From Scyliorhinus canicula (Eukaryota): a stretch of DNA of 64,000 bases. Position numbers and translations under genes: made by a program. Below are positions 1 through 10,426 of the stretch, in pieces (within the stretch, counting starts at the first letter, position 1; the number at the start of each line of letters is the position of its first letter). The stretch covers positions 159,194,754 to 159,258,753 of the forward strand of contig NC_052154.1 in NCBI RefSeq assembly GCF_902713615.1. The letters run 5' to 3'. The notes beneath the pieces were generated by a model, which saw only the letters and a program-made list of their open reading frames with translations, was not told where the DNA came from and searched no databases.

Positions 1-93
1 ACTCTGCACAGACAGTGACCCAAGCCGGAATCGAACCTGGGACCCTGGAGCTGTGAAGCAATTGCGCTATCCACAATGCTACCGTGCTGCCCC
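1..93 (-). mobile_element. tRNA-derived V-SINE (HE1-like), 5' part; the rest runs off the window edge
   Basis: Reverse complement reads GGGGCAGCACGGTAGCATTGTGGATAG...GGTTCGATTCC (pol III A/B boxes), nearly identical to other copies in the window. Confidence 0.85.
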
Positions 94-2250
94 AAACACA
101 TTCTCCATGACACATTTGTGCCTCCCCCACACACACCCCCACCTTTCTCACCCCACACCTTCCTTACGTCACACCCCCACCCACCCCCCTCACCCTGCAC
201 CCCCCTCACCCTCCTCAACCCCGATCCCCACGCCACTCGGACCCGCTGTCTAATCATGCATGTCGTCTTGTGTCTAACAGGGCCTTCTGGAGATGGGGCC
301 AGTCCATCCGGAGCCCCCCACCCTCAGCCAATGCCAGAGCCGGTGCCCCCCCCCCCCCACCAGTCAGCCGAGCACTGACGGGGAGAGTTCCTCCTCCTCC
401 AACATATTACCCCTCTGCTCCTTATGGAGGGCAACCCTCTCGCATCATACTGGAGGGCCCCTCCAGAGTGGTCCAGGCATCTGAACTGCATCTTCAGGAG
501 GCCGAAGCACCGCTCTGTCACTCTACTGGTTGCTGTATGGATGCCGTTACAGCGGGTCTCCATGTCGGTCTGTGGCTTCATACATACTGCCCGGGTATCG
601 GGCACGGAAGTGCATGGTGCGCAGCTGATGGTCACATATCAGCTGCACATTCATCGAGAGGAACACCTTTTCCTTTGTATAGAGTGGCCTGTCATCTGCA
701 GGTGCTCATAGTGGGACATGCATCCCATCGATCACTCCCTGGACCCGGGCATGCCGTTGATTGCAATGAACCCTGCTGCCTGGTCATCCTGGTGGGCTTG
801 GTCCATATTGAAATGGATGTATTGAGCCACCTGTACATAGAGGGCTTCCATGAAGACACGGATGCACCTGTGCACCGAAGTCTGTGAGCTTCCAAACATG
901 TCCCCACTCGCCGCTTGGAAGGCCCCATGGTGTAAAGGTTTAGAATGACCATCACCTTGACGGCCACCGGAAGCGGGTGTCCTCCCCATACCCCCTGTGC
1001 CAGGTATGCCATGATCTGGCAGCTATGTCTCACTGTCTCTCTGCTCAGCCAGAGTCTTTGATGATATGCCCGGTCCGGCAGGTCCTTGAGTGACAGGCGA
1101 TGCCAGTACACATGAGGCCTCATGTGGCACTTCCTTGGCACCTCCTCTTCCTCAGCCTGTTGGGCAGAAGGCTCTACATCCTGAGCGGCTGCCACTTGTT
1201 CCTCTGCAGCATGCTCCATTGCTACATGCTCCTCTTGTGCAGCTTCCTCCTCCTCGAGCAGCTCCTACTCTTACAGCCACAGGGCACCCCCGAGGGCTGC
1301 CACGACTAGCAGGGTGGCCACCATTGATGATTGAATTCCAATATCCATTGTCTGCAGGGGGTGAAAGGCCGACACGTTAGCATGGTGTCTACCCCCGTAC
1401 CCAAACATGTTCACCGTGCTACATGATGGCCTGGTTGGCATTGCGGACTCTGTCCCCGCATGTTCCCCCCCATCCCCATACCCCTAAGCACTGTGGGGGC
1501 CCTGTTCCTGATGCCAGGGTACCATTGGCTGGTACTGCCCTTGCCAGCGGTATGCTCCGTGGCCCCCGCCTTGCGCCCCCGTAGGGGCTACTTTGTGCAT
1601 TGCCCTGGGTGGACTGCTGGTGGGTGGCGGCTGGGTTGAGGGGGTATGGTGGAGGCTGGGGTGCGCGGGTGGGGGGATGGAGGCACCCAAATGGCCAGTG
1701 TCACTTTGCAGAACCGGGGCCAGGGTGGATGGTCAATGGGGTGTGCAGCAAGGTGGCTGCCTTGCAGGGCACGGTAATGGCAGGCCATGACTGGACATTG
1801 CCCCAGCCCATTGGGGGTAAGGACGGCCACTCGGCCCGTTCCCCCATTACAACCCCCCCCCCCTACTCTAGCCAGCCCAGCCAGTGTCCAGCCCCACAGC
1901 CCACAGTCGCTCTTCTCTGTGTCCTACCTCTCTCTCTCTCCCTCATCAGCCACCATGCCGGTTCCACAATTTTAAAAAGCACAAGTGACCCGCGCCATAG
2001 GGAATTGGCCCATCGGAGGAGGAGAATCGTGGAGGCCACGGAGAATTTTTACTGTATGCGGGTTTATAGATCTCACAATATGCCTCCCGCAAGATTCACC
2101 AGCCTCATCGCATCCCGAGCCGGGCTCACCAAGGCTGTTCGATCTGTTATATTCTCCCGCCGGAGCTGAATCACACCGGATTTACACTAATGCCGGACGC
2201 ACACAAACAAATGCGAGTCACAATGTTTAGCCTTGTGAATTTTTCATGAC
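94..2250 (-). mobile_element. PIF/Harbinger DNA transposon, decayed copy 1
   Basis: Contains transposase fragments; 1340-2060 is homologous in inverted orientation to 8560-9320 of copy 2; outer limit approximate. Confidence 0.75.
260..1348 (-). pseudogene. Harbinger (HARBI1-family DDE) transposase pseudogene
   Basis: ORF pieces GAFQAASGDMFGSSQTSVHRCI...YIHF and TERCFGLLKMQFRCLDHSGGALQY match HARBI1-family motifs; split over several frames with stops; ATG at 1348. Confidence 0.85.
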
Positions 2251-2430
2251 AGGGATTGTGAGGGATTCCCTGTGACCCAATAGTGATGTCCAGTGAATGG
2301 CCCCTCCCCATAATACTCCTTCCCCCCTTTTTCTCCCTCCAGCTGTGAAACTAACCAGTTAAGTGTTTTGCGCTCTCACTTCCTCTCTGCAGAAAGCACT
2401 TAACTGTCTTTGGTGTCAATCATAGCTAAG

Positions 2431-2563
2431 CCATGATATGGAGATGCCAGCTTTGGACTGCAGTTGGCACAGTAAGAAGTCTTACAATACCAGGTTAAAG
2501 TCCAACAGGTTTATTTGGAATCACTAGCTTTCGGAGCGCAGCTCCTTCATCAGGTGAGTCGTG
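2431..2563 (-). mobile_element. Penelope-like element terminal-repeat (pLTR) fragment
   Basis: 133-bp insert flanked by the direct repeat AATCATAGCTAAG (2418-2430, 2564-2576); same family as 40838-40972 and 41221-41320; carries a CTGATGA...GAAA core. Penelope assignment is inferred from the motif. Confidence 0.7.
2521..2557 (-). ncRNA. Minimal type I hammerhead ribozyme motif
   Basis: Minus strand UCAC-CUGAUGA-A-GGAGC-UGC-GCUCC-GAA-AGCU-A-GUGA: core, 5-bp stem II, palindromic AGCU in place of stem III, 4-bp stem I. Confidence 0.65.
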
Positions 2564-2964
2564 AATCATAGCTAAGGACTTTGAAGTACCCAGTTGTGAA
2601 ACTAACCCAATGTTTATAAACATCTAGCTAAGTAGTTCCAACAGGAAGTGAGAGCACTTAAAGAAATTAACTGTTTAGTTTCAGAGCTATATACGTCAAA
2701 GCCACTCAAACATGAAGGGAGATGAATGAACCAGATGTATGTGGAAGATGTCAATCACAGCCTGTTTGAAGCAACTTCACCCAAATATGAATGAAAGGCT
2801 TTGAGATCAAAGATCAAAGGGGGTTTAATCCCGGCTGACTGGTTTTCTCTGTCCAGGAATTGACAGGTGCTGCTCCCTCTACCTGAGCCAGCAGGTGTAT
2901 TGCATAGGTGAGTGTTAACGCTGTGATTTCTTTCACTGCCTCTGTCTGGGCTGCTTTCTAGCTT

Positions 2965-3330
2965 CCAGGCAAGGGTTTCTCTTATGGGGGGTTCCAGGCA
3001 GGGGTCAATCTTATGAGGGCTTTGAGGCTGGGGTCTCTCTTATGGGGGTTTTGAGGCTGGGGTCTCTCTTATGAGGGCTTCGAGGCTGGGGTCTCTCTTA
3101 TGTGGGGTTCCAGGCAGGAGTCTTTCTTCTGGCAGGTTCCAAGCAGGGGTCAATCTTATGAAGGCTTTGAAGCTTGGGTCTCTCTTACATAGGGTTCCAA
3201 GCAGGTGTCTCTCTTATGAGGGGTTCCAGGAAGGGGTCTGTCTTAATGGGGTCTCTGATGGGGTTCTCTCTGATAGAGGTGTCTCTTGTGTGGTCTCTAT
3301 TATGGGGGGTCTCTTGTGGGTATCTTTATT
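2965..3330. repeat. 29-bp minisatellite, degenerating to the right
   Basis: Units like GGGGTCTCTCTTATGAGGGCTTCGAGGCT start at 3001, 3030, 3059 and 3088. Confidence 0.85.
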
Positions 3331-3514
3331 GTGGGGTCTCTGATGGGGGTCTCTGTAATTGGGGGATTTCTGGTGGGGGGGTGGTGGTGGGGACTGGCGG
3401 CGGTGGGGTGGGCAAAATTTGCATTATGGGTGGACGATGGCCCTCTGGTGGACTTTGGGGCACCTCCCTTAAAGAGTTATCCCCTTGGTCCACCACAAGG
3501 TCCACCACATACAA

Positions 3515-3835
3515 CCATAGAAACCTTGCAGTGCAGAAGGAGGCCATTCGGCCCATCGAATCTGTACCGATCTTTTAAACGAGTACCCCGCATTATCGCA
3601 TAACTCCATGGCCTAACTTGCACGTCACTGGACACTGAGGGGCAATTTATCTTGGCCAATCCACCTAACCCGCACATCTTTGAATTGTGGGAGGAAACCA
3701 GAGCACCTGGACGAAACCCACGCAGACATGGGGAAAACGTGCAAACTCCACACAAACAGTGACTCAAGGCTGGATTTGAACTCGGATCCCTGGCACTGTG
3801 GGGCAGCAATGCTAGCCACTGTGCCACCACGCCGC
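3515..3835 (-). mobile_element. V-SINE with CR1-type tail
   Basis: tRNA head, central GGTTTCCTCCCACA...AAAGATGTGCGGGTTAGGTGGATTGG domain, TTCTATG-type tail. Confidence 0.85.
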
Positions 3836-3899
3836 ACAAATCAGGGCCACATTTTAAATACCGGCACCAATTCACGCCCACATGAATCCCGAAATAGAG

Positions 3900-4385
3900 G
3901 ACCAGAGAATCACAATGGGAATATGGTACCCAGCCCCCTTAATGGGATACAAATGGGTCTCAATGAGAACTGCCTAATTGGCACCCCTTCCACAAACATT
4001 CACTCTCCTCACCACCGATGCACAGTAGCAGCCACAAGATGCACTGAAGGAACTCACCAAGGTTCCTTAGGCAGCACCTTCCAAACCTATGACCACGACA
4101 ACCAAGAAGGATAAGGGAAGTAGATACATGGGCTTATCACCACTTGGAACTTCCCCTCCAAGTCACACATCATCCTGACTTGGAAATATATCACCGTTCC
4201 TTCACTGTCACTGAGTCAACATCCTGGAACACGCTCCCTAACAGTACAGTGGGTGTACTTACACCGCATGGACTTCAGCAGTTGAAGAAGGAAGCTCACC
4301 ACCGCCTCCTCAAGACTATTAGGGATGGGCAACAAATGCTGGCCTAGCCAGCGAAGCCCACACCCTGTAGAAATGAATTTTAAAT
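3900..4385 (+). mobile_element. L2/CR1-group LINE 3' fragment
   Basis: Ends in AGGGATGGGCAACAAATGCTGGCCTAGCCAGCG; same family as 40715-41950 and 51000-51800. Confidence 0.7.
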
Positions 4386-4399
4386 ATATATATATGGTC

Positions 4400-4850
4400 A
4401 CACTGCAGAGGCTACGGAGAAGATTTACCAGAATGTTGCACGAAAGGGAGAATTGTAGTGAAGAGGAAGGATTGGATAGATTGGAGTTGTGTTCTTTGGC
4501 TAAGGGGAGATTTAATTGAATTGATAAAATTATGAGGGGCCTTGCCTGAGTGGATAGGGAGGACTACTTCCCTAAGTGGACAGGTCAATAACCAGGGAGC
4601 GTAAGTCTAAAGTAATTGGTAAAATTGACTAAAGGGAAATTGCGGAGGACATTTTTCATGGTGGAGGTCTTGAACTCGCTGACTGAAAGGCTGGTGGCAG
4701 TTGAAAGTCTCATTGCAATTCAGAAACTCTTGGGATGCATTTGACGCACCATAACTTTACAGATGAAAGTAAGATAAGGCTGGTTAGCTCATTTTGGCTG
4801 TCACAGACACAATGGGCAAAATGGCTTCCCTCAATGCCATAAATCTCCTC
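4400..4850 (+). mobile_element. Degenerate CR1 LINE 3' fragment
   Basis: LQRLRRRFTRML...EEGLDRLELCSL resembles the CR1 ORF2 C-terminus. Confidence 0.7.
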
Positions 4851-5680
4851 CGTTTCTAGTGACAAAACATCACCCTATGCACAACGGACAATAATAAGTA
4901 GCAAGAATAGATCAAAAAACCTAGAGGTTATTGGAACTTGAGCAATAGTCTATAATTGACTCGGACTCAGTCACAGAAATGAAATAACAGAAGGTTCTCT
5001 CTGGTCCACTTTAATCCAGACCAATAATGATTAGAAATTATCTTTTCTTTCAGAGTCATTTTATGTCTAGAGGTCCGTAATGAGGCACAGTCTCTGTTTT
5101 ATTGAAAGAAGGTTTTTTTCGAAGAACTCATCTGAGGGTTAATTGATGTGGCATTCATGAACCACACCAAGGGCGGTTGCTTCCAGTCAGCCTCTAACAA
5201 AAACTGAAGGACGTCGAAAGGAAGCCACGATGAGTAGCTTATTTTCTCTGAGCGGAATCAGATTACAGAAGTGGTTAAGTTCTCCCGCATGGCTATTTTT
5301 CATCAAATGTAATTTTACATCCATTTATATCTTTCCCTTGAAAAACAAATCTAATTTTGCAATGCAAAATGTGGGAATGTTCTATTTTTTAGCCTTATTT
5401 ATTTGCCTTTACAGCGAAGAGTACTGATAAATGAACTTGGGAAAATTAATGTTCCTCATATTGGGGAGCCAGTGACAAGAAGTTATTAACTTGGAGACAA
5501 TTTCTGCATATAAATTCTCGTTGGAGCTTCAAAGGTTTTGCAAATGGTTGAAGAAAAGGCCATTGCATTTTGCTAGGGAAAACTGGATAAATGTTTCAAT
5601 TAGGGGATGGTAAAGGGCTGTGGAGAGAAAGTAAGGATAGTGGAATTAATTCGGGATTGTTCTAGCACAGAACTGGCATT

Positions 5681-6025
5681 ACATAGAATTTACAGTGCAG
5701 AAGGAGGCCATTCAGCCCATCGAGTCTGCACCGGCTCTTGGAAAGAGCACACTACCCAAGGTCAACACCTCCCCCTATCCCAATAACCCAGTAACCCCAC
5801 CCAACACTAAGGGCAATTTTGGACACTAAGGGCAATTTATCATTGCCAATCCACCTAACCTGCACATCTTTGGACTGTGGGAGGAAACCGGAGCACCCGG
5901 AGGAAACCCACGCACACACGGGGAGGATGTGCAGACTCCGCACAGACAGTGACCCAAGCCGGAATTGAACCTGGGACCTTAGAGCTGTGAAGCCATTGTG
6001 CTATCCACAATGCTACCTTGCTGCG
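5681..6025 (-). mobile_element. V-SINE with CR1-type tail, near full length
   Basis: A/B boxes, V-domain, ATTCTATGT tail. Confidence 0.9.
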
Positions 6026-6589
6026 GAAAGCTCTCCTTCCATGCTGTGATATTTACAATACACAGAACTGTGTATAAAGTACAGTATAAAGTACAGTAAT
6101 TGCAAAACGCTGGTAATCTGAAATTTTAAAAACTGAAAATGCTGAAATACTCAGCAGGTCATGCATCCTCCCCACTCCCTCAAGGTCCAGGATCACAGCA
6201 AGATCACGGGAGTGAAGTTCCTGGTTATAGGGCTACAGTTTTGTCAGAGATCCTCTCTCCAACCAATTTCATTGCCACACTACCTCTACACCAGCTAAAA
6301 CAAAATATTTTATTTACCTGAATCCACTAGAGCAACGGGCATCCTCTCTTCTGAACCTCACACAGCCGAACATGTTCTCCTGTCATATTCTTCACTTGCC
6401 GCCATCACCGCTTAAGTGATCACAACTGTGATGACATGGAGGGCCAGGAAACATGAGAAGCATCAAGGCCCATGATTTCTCTTCCTGGCCTGAAATAGAG
6501 GGCAAGGTTTGGTCGGAGCCTCAATGACCTGCTGCATTGCATCCTGCAGGTAGTTCACTGTGGATCAGTGGTGCAGTGAGTGAATGGTA

Positions 6590-6900
6590 AAGGTGTTGGA
6601 TGGGGTGCCAGTCAGGTGAGGTGCTTTGCTCTGGATGGTGTTTGGATTGTTGGAGCTGCAACACATCTGGACAAAGAAGAGAGTATTCCATTACACTCCA
6701 GGCTTATGGCTTGGACACGGTGGATAAATGTTGGAGAGTCAGAAAGTGTACCTTCCTCAGAATAACCAGCCTCTGACCTGCTCTTGTAGCTACAGTATTT
6801 TCATGGCTGGACCAGTTCAGTTTCTGGTCACTGGTGACCCTAAAATATTGGCGTTGGAAGGAAGCAGTGATGGTAATAGTCAAGGGGAGATGGTTAGATT
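6590..6900 (-). mobile_element. L2/CR1-group LINE fragment
   Basis: Similar to 41620-41940 and 51640-51790. Confidence 0.55.
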
Positions 6901-7756
6901 ATCTTTGGTTGAAGATTTGTTGGAAAGTGCACTCAAGCTTGCTTTTAGAGCCAATGGGCCTATCGTGAATATTTGTAGATAGCCTATCCCTAGAATTGGA
7001 GACAGAGAGGTGGAGGGAAGGGAGAGGAAAGTCGACAATTGACCATGTCAAGGTGAGAGAAGGGTGCAAATTTGGAAGCACAATTAGGTATGGTGAATAT
7101 AATTTACCAGTCCACCTGAGAGCTGGTTAACAATGTTGGTGCTATAATTTTGGTTCAGATCTTCTGATCTGCAAAGAAGCAAGGACACTCGTCACTATCC
7201 TCGAGGAAAGCTGTGCTGAGAGATCTCGTGATTGCTGTGGCAGGACGACCTAACCAGCTCTTGTTGTGCAGTGGGATACAGTGTTGGCTAATGGGGAGTT
7301 GAAGTACTGCCTGCAGGCTGTCCAAGAAGCCAATCACATTAAAGAATTCTTACAGACAACCAATCAGGAACGGAAAAACACTAAAATCAAATTACTTTTG
7401 AAAACAAATTATTACGTAGAGCAAATTGAGGATTGCATAATCAACATGGGGTGACAGGAGAAGCCGAAGTATCATGAAGAAAGCTCTTTAAAAATTATGA
7501 TTTTTAAAATGTTGTTTTAAAATGTAATAATTAATCATAATGAAGACATTTATCAACACTCCACAATTACGAAATTCTGGTTTTCAGCGATCTTTATTAT
7601 TTGCATTGCCATTACATATCCAGTTACACCCGCTTGGTCGCTGGCTTGGCAAGAGAGTGAGAGGAGGAGAAGGAGGAGGGCACAGCACAGCAGAGCTTGT
7701 GATGGAGCAGTGAGTGACAAAAGAGAAACTTCAGGATTCCCGCATTAAATGTCCAT

Positions 7757-7875
7757 GGGATGGATTCTTCCGCCCCGCCCGCCGCAAGGGTGCCACGGGC
7801 GAGACACCGACAATGGGGCCAACGTTGACCCCGGGCGGGATTCTCCGGTCACCGTGCTAACGCGGCCATGGGGAA
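7757..7875. mobile_element. Short GC-rich Harbinger-related non-autonomous element
   Basis: GGATGGATTCT...GGGAATCCCG degenerate inverted termini and an internal GGGCGGGATTCTCC like the terminus at 8361. Confidence 0.45.
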
Positions 7876-9650
7876 TCCCGTTCTATGTCTTAAATAGTGA
7901 AGTTACAGTCAGTTTCAGTCAGATAAAGAAGGCGATTGTTGATCGCTTACCATCAAAACTCGCTGCGGAATCGAGGCCATTGTATCTAGTTCAAAATGTT
8001 ATTTTCTGTGTTTTTATCTTATTTTCATTTAGCGATTATGTGGAAATTCAACATCTACCTGAGGATAAAGGACTATAGGGTTAAAAAAACGGGTGGGGAC
8101 GTATATTCCCTTTTAATTTCCCTTTGGTAAGTGTAGCTCATCCATTGCACTGCGTGTTCCTTTTAATGTTTCCAGATGGCCATGCACGCATACACCCTTC
8201 AGGGGTTAGTATTATGGGTTGGGGTTCGGGGTTAACATTATGAAGTGTGAGTCAACATTAGGGTTAGTCCACTAGTTTGGGTTTGGGTACAGCTTTGGGG
8301 ATCTGTGGCATTTCATATAGGGGTTCGGGGGTTATGCATCATTTTGCACAGCAGATTTTAGCGACGGGATTCTCTGTCGGCTAACGCCAGAATCGGGAAG
8401 CTCAATTGGGCGGGGAATCGATTTTGACGCCGAAATCATGGCGGGCGCCAGTTTCACGCCAAATCACAATTCTCCGGTATCTCAGTGGCGCCAATGTATT
8501 CCACTCCATACATACAGTCAACACCGTTGGCATACCATTAGCGGGTCTGACCCGGTATTCTCTGAGGCCTCCATGATGCTCCACTTCCACTGGCGAGAAT
8601 TCCCGACGACACGGTTCACTTGGCTTTTAAAAATTAAGGAACAGGCGCCATGGCTGATGAGGGAGAGAGAGGAGGTAGGACAAGGAGAGGCGCATCAGTG
8701 GACTGCCAGTCCTGACACTGGCTGGGCTGGGGGGGAGGGGAGTGTGGGGAGGGAGTGTGGGGGGTGGGGGGGGGGGGGGGGGCACTGGGGATGGCTGAGG
8801 GGTCGAGGTGACCCACCATGGGACTGGGACAGAGTCCAGGCACTGACCGCCATTGCCGTGGCCTGCAACACAGCAACCTTGTTGCGCACCCCACCAATCA
8901 TCCACCTTGGCCCCTGGTTCTGTAGAGTGACAGCAGCAGCCCACACCCCAGCCTCCACCCTCCACCCCAACAACTCTGCATGTTCCCTCTCCCTCCCCCA
9001 ACCAGCCGCCACCCCCCGGCCATGCATCATGCAGCCCACCCAAGGGCAACGCCCACAGTAGCCACTATAGGGGGCGCTGGATGGCGGCCGCAAAGCGTTC
9101 TACTGGCATGTGCATCACCAGCCAATGGTACCCATGGCAGCAGGGAAGGGTGCCATGGCTAAAGCTCCCCAAGGTGCAGAGTGGAGGAGGGGAGGGGAAA
9201 CATGCAGAGACAGAGTCTGCAGTCCCAACTGGGGCCATCCTGTATCCCGGTGGACCCGATTGGACATGGGGGTAAGCACCATGCTAAAATTTCGGCCTCT
9301 CATCTCCTTTAGACAATGGATGTTGGAATACAGACAGCAATGATGACCTTACTCCTACTCGCCACAGCCCTTGAGATACCCTGCGGCTGTACGAGCTGGA
9401 GCTGCTCGAGGAGGAGGAAGCTGCAGCAGCGGAGCGTGCAGCAGAGGAACATGAGGCAGCCGCAGAGGATGGAGAGTCGGCCGCTCTACAGGCCGAGGAG
9501 GAGTTGAAAAGGAGGCGGTGCATGAGGTCTCACGTGTACTAGCAACGCCTGTCATTCGAGAACCTGTCGGACTGGGCATGCTGTTAAAGCCTCCAACTGA
9601 GCAGGGGAACATTGCGACAAATCTGCCAGGTCATGGTGCACCTGGTACCT

Positions 9651-9955
9651 AATAATCTTTATTAATGTCACAAGTAGGCTTACATTAGCAATGCAATGAA
9701 GTTACTGTGAAAAGGCTCTAGTCACCACATTCCGGCGCCTGTTCGGGTACACGGAGGGAGAATTCAGAATGTCCAAACGACCTAATAAGCACGTCTTTCA
9801 GGCCTAGTGGGAGGAAACCGGAGCATCCAGAGGAAACCCATGCAGACACAGGGAGAATGTGGAAACTCCACACAGACAGTGACCCAAGAGGGAATCGAAC
9901 CTGAGACCCTGGTACTGTGAAGCAACAGTGCTAACTACTGTGATACCATGCTACC
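9651..9955 (-). mobile_element. V-SINE with alternative 3' tail (…GTAAGCCTACTTGTGAC…ATAAAGATTATT)
   Basis: Same head and V-domain as the other V-SINEs but a different tail; also at 35341-35640 and 51065-51310. Confidence 0.85.
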
Positions 9956-10077
9956 GTGGGGGAGGACACCCGCTCCCGGAGGCCATCAAGGTGACGGTCG
10001 CCCTGAACCTCTTCACCACCGGTACCTTCCAGGCGCTGAGTGGGGACCTGTCTGGAATCTCACACAGCTCGGTACAT

Positions 10078-10426
10078 AGAACATAGAACATAGAACAGTA
10101 CAGCACAGAACAGGCCCTTCGGCCCTTGATGTTGTGCCGAGCAATGATCACCCTACTCAAACCCACGTATCCACCCTATACCCGTAACCCAACAACCCCC
10201 CCCTTAATCTTACTTTTTAGGACACTAAGGGCAATTTATCATGGCCAATCCACCTAACCCGCACATCTTTGGACTGTGGGAGGAAACTAGAGCACCCGGA
10301 GGAAACCCACGCACACACGGGGAGGACGTGCAGACTCCGCACAGACAGTGACCCAGCCGGGAATCGAACCTGGGACCCTGGAGCTGTGAAGCATTTATGC
10401 TAACCACCATGCTACCGTGCTGCCCC
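10078..10426 (-). mobile_element. V-SINE (HE1-like) with (TTCTA/TTCTATG)n CR1-type tail
   Basis: Full head, V-domain and tail; splits the Harbinger transposase. Confidence 0.9.

Noticed and set aside
1484-2230. Overlapping 60-190 aa ORFs in GC-rich DNA (also 8400-9350, 15386-15922, 16860-17707, 27272-28380)
   Set aside because: Low-complexity Pro/Gly/Arg shadows of GC-rich TE sequence or antisense to real TE ORFs; no domain motifs
2965-3330. CRISPR-like array
   Set aside because: Contiguous degenerate units without unique spacers, no cas genes, eukaryotic context
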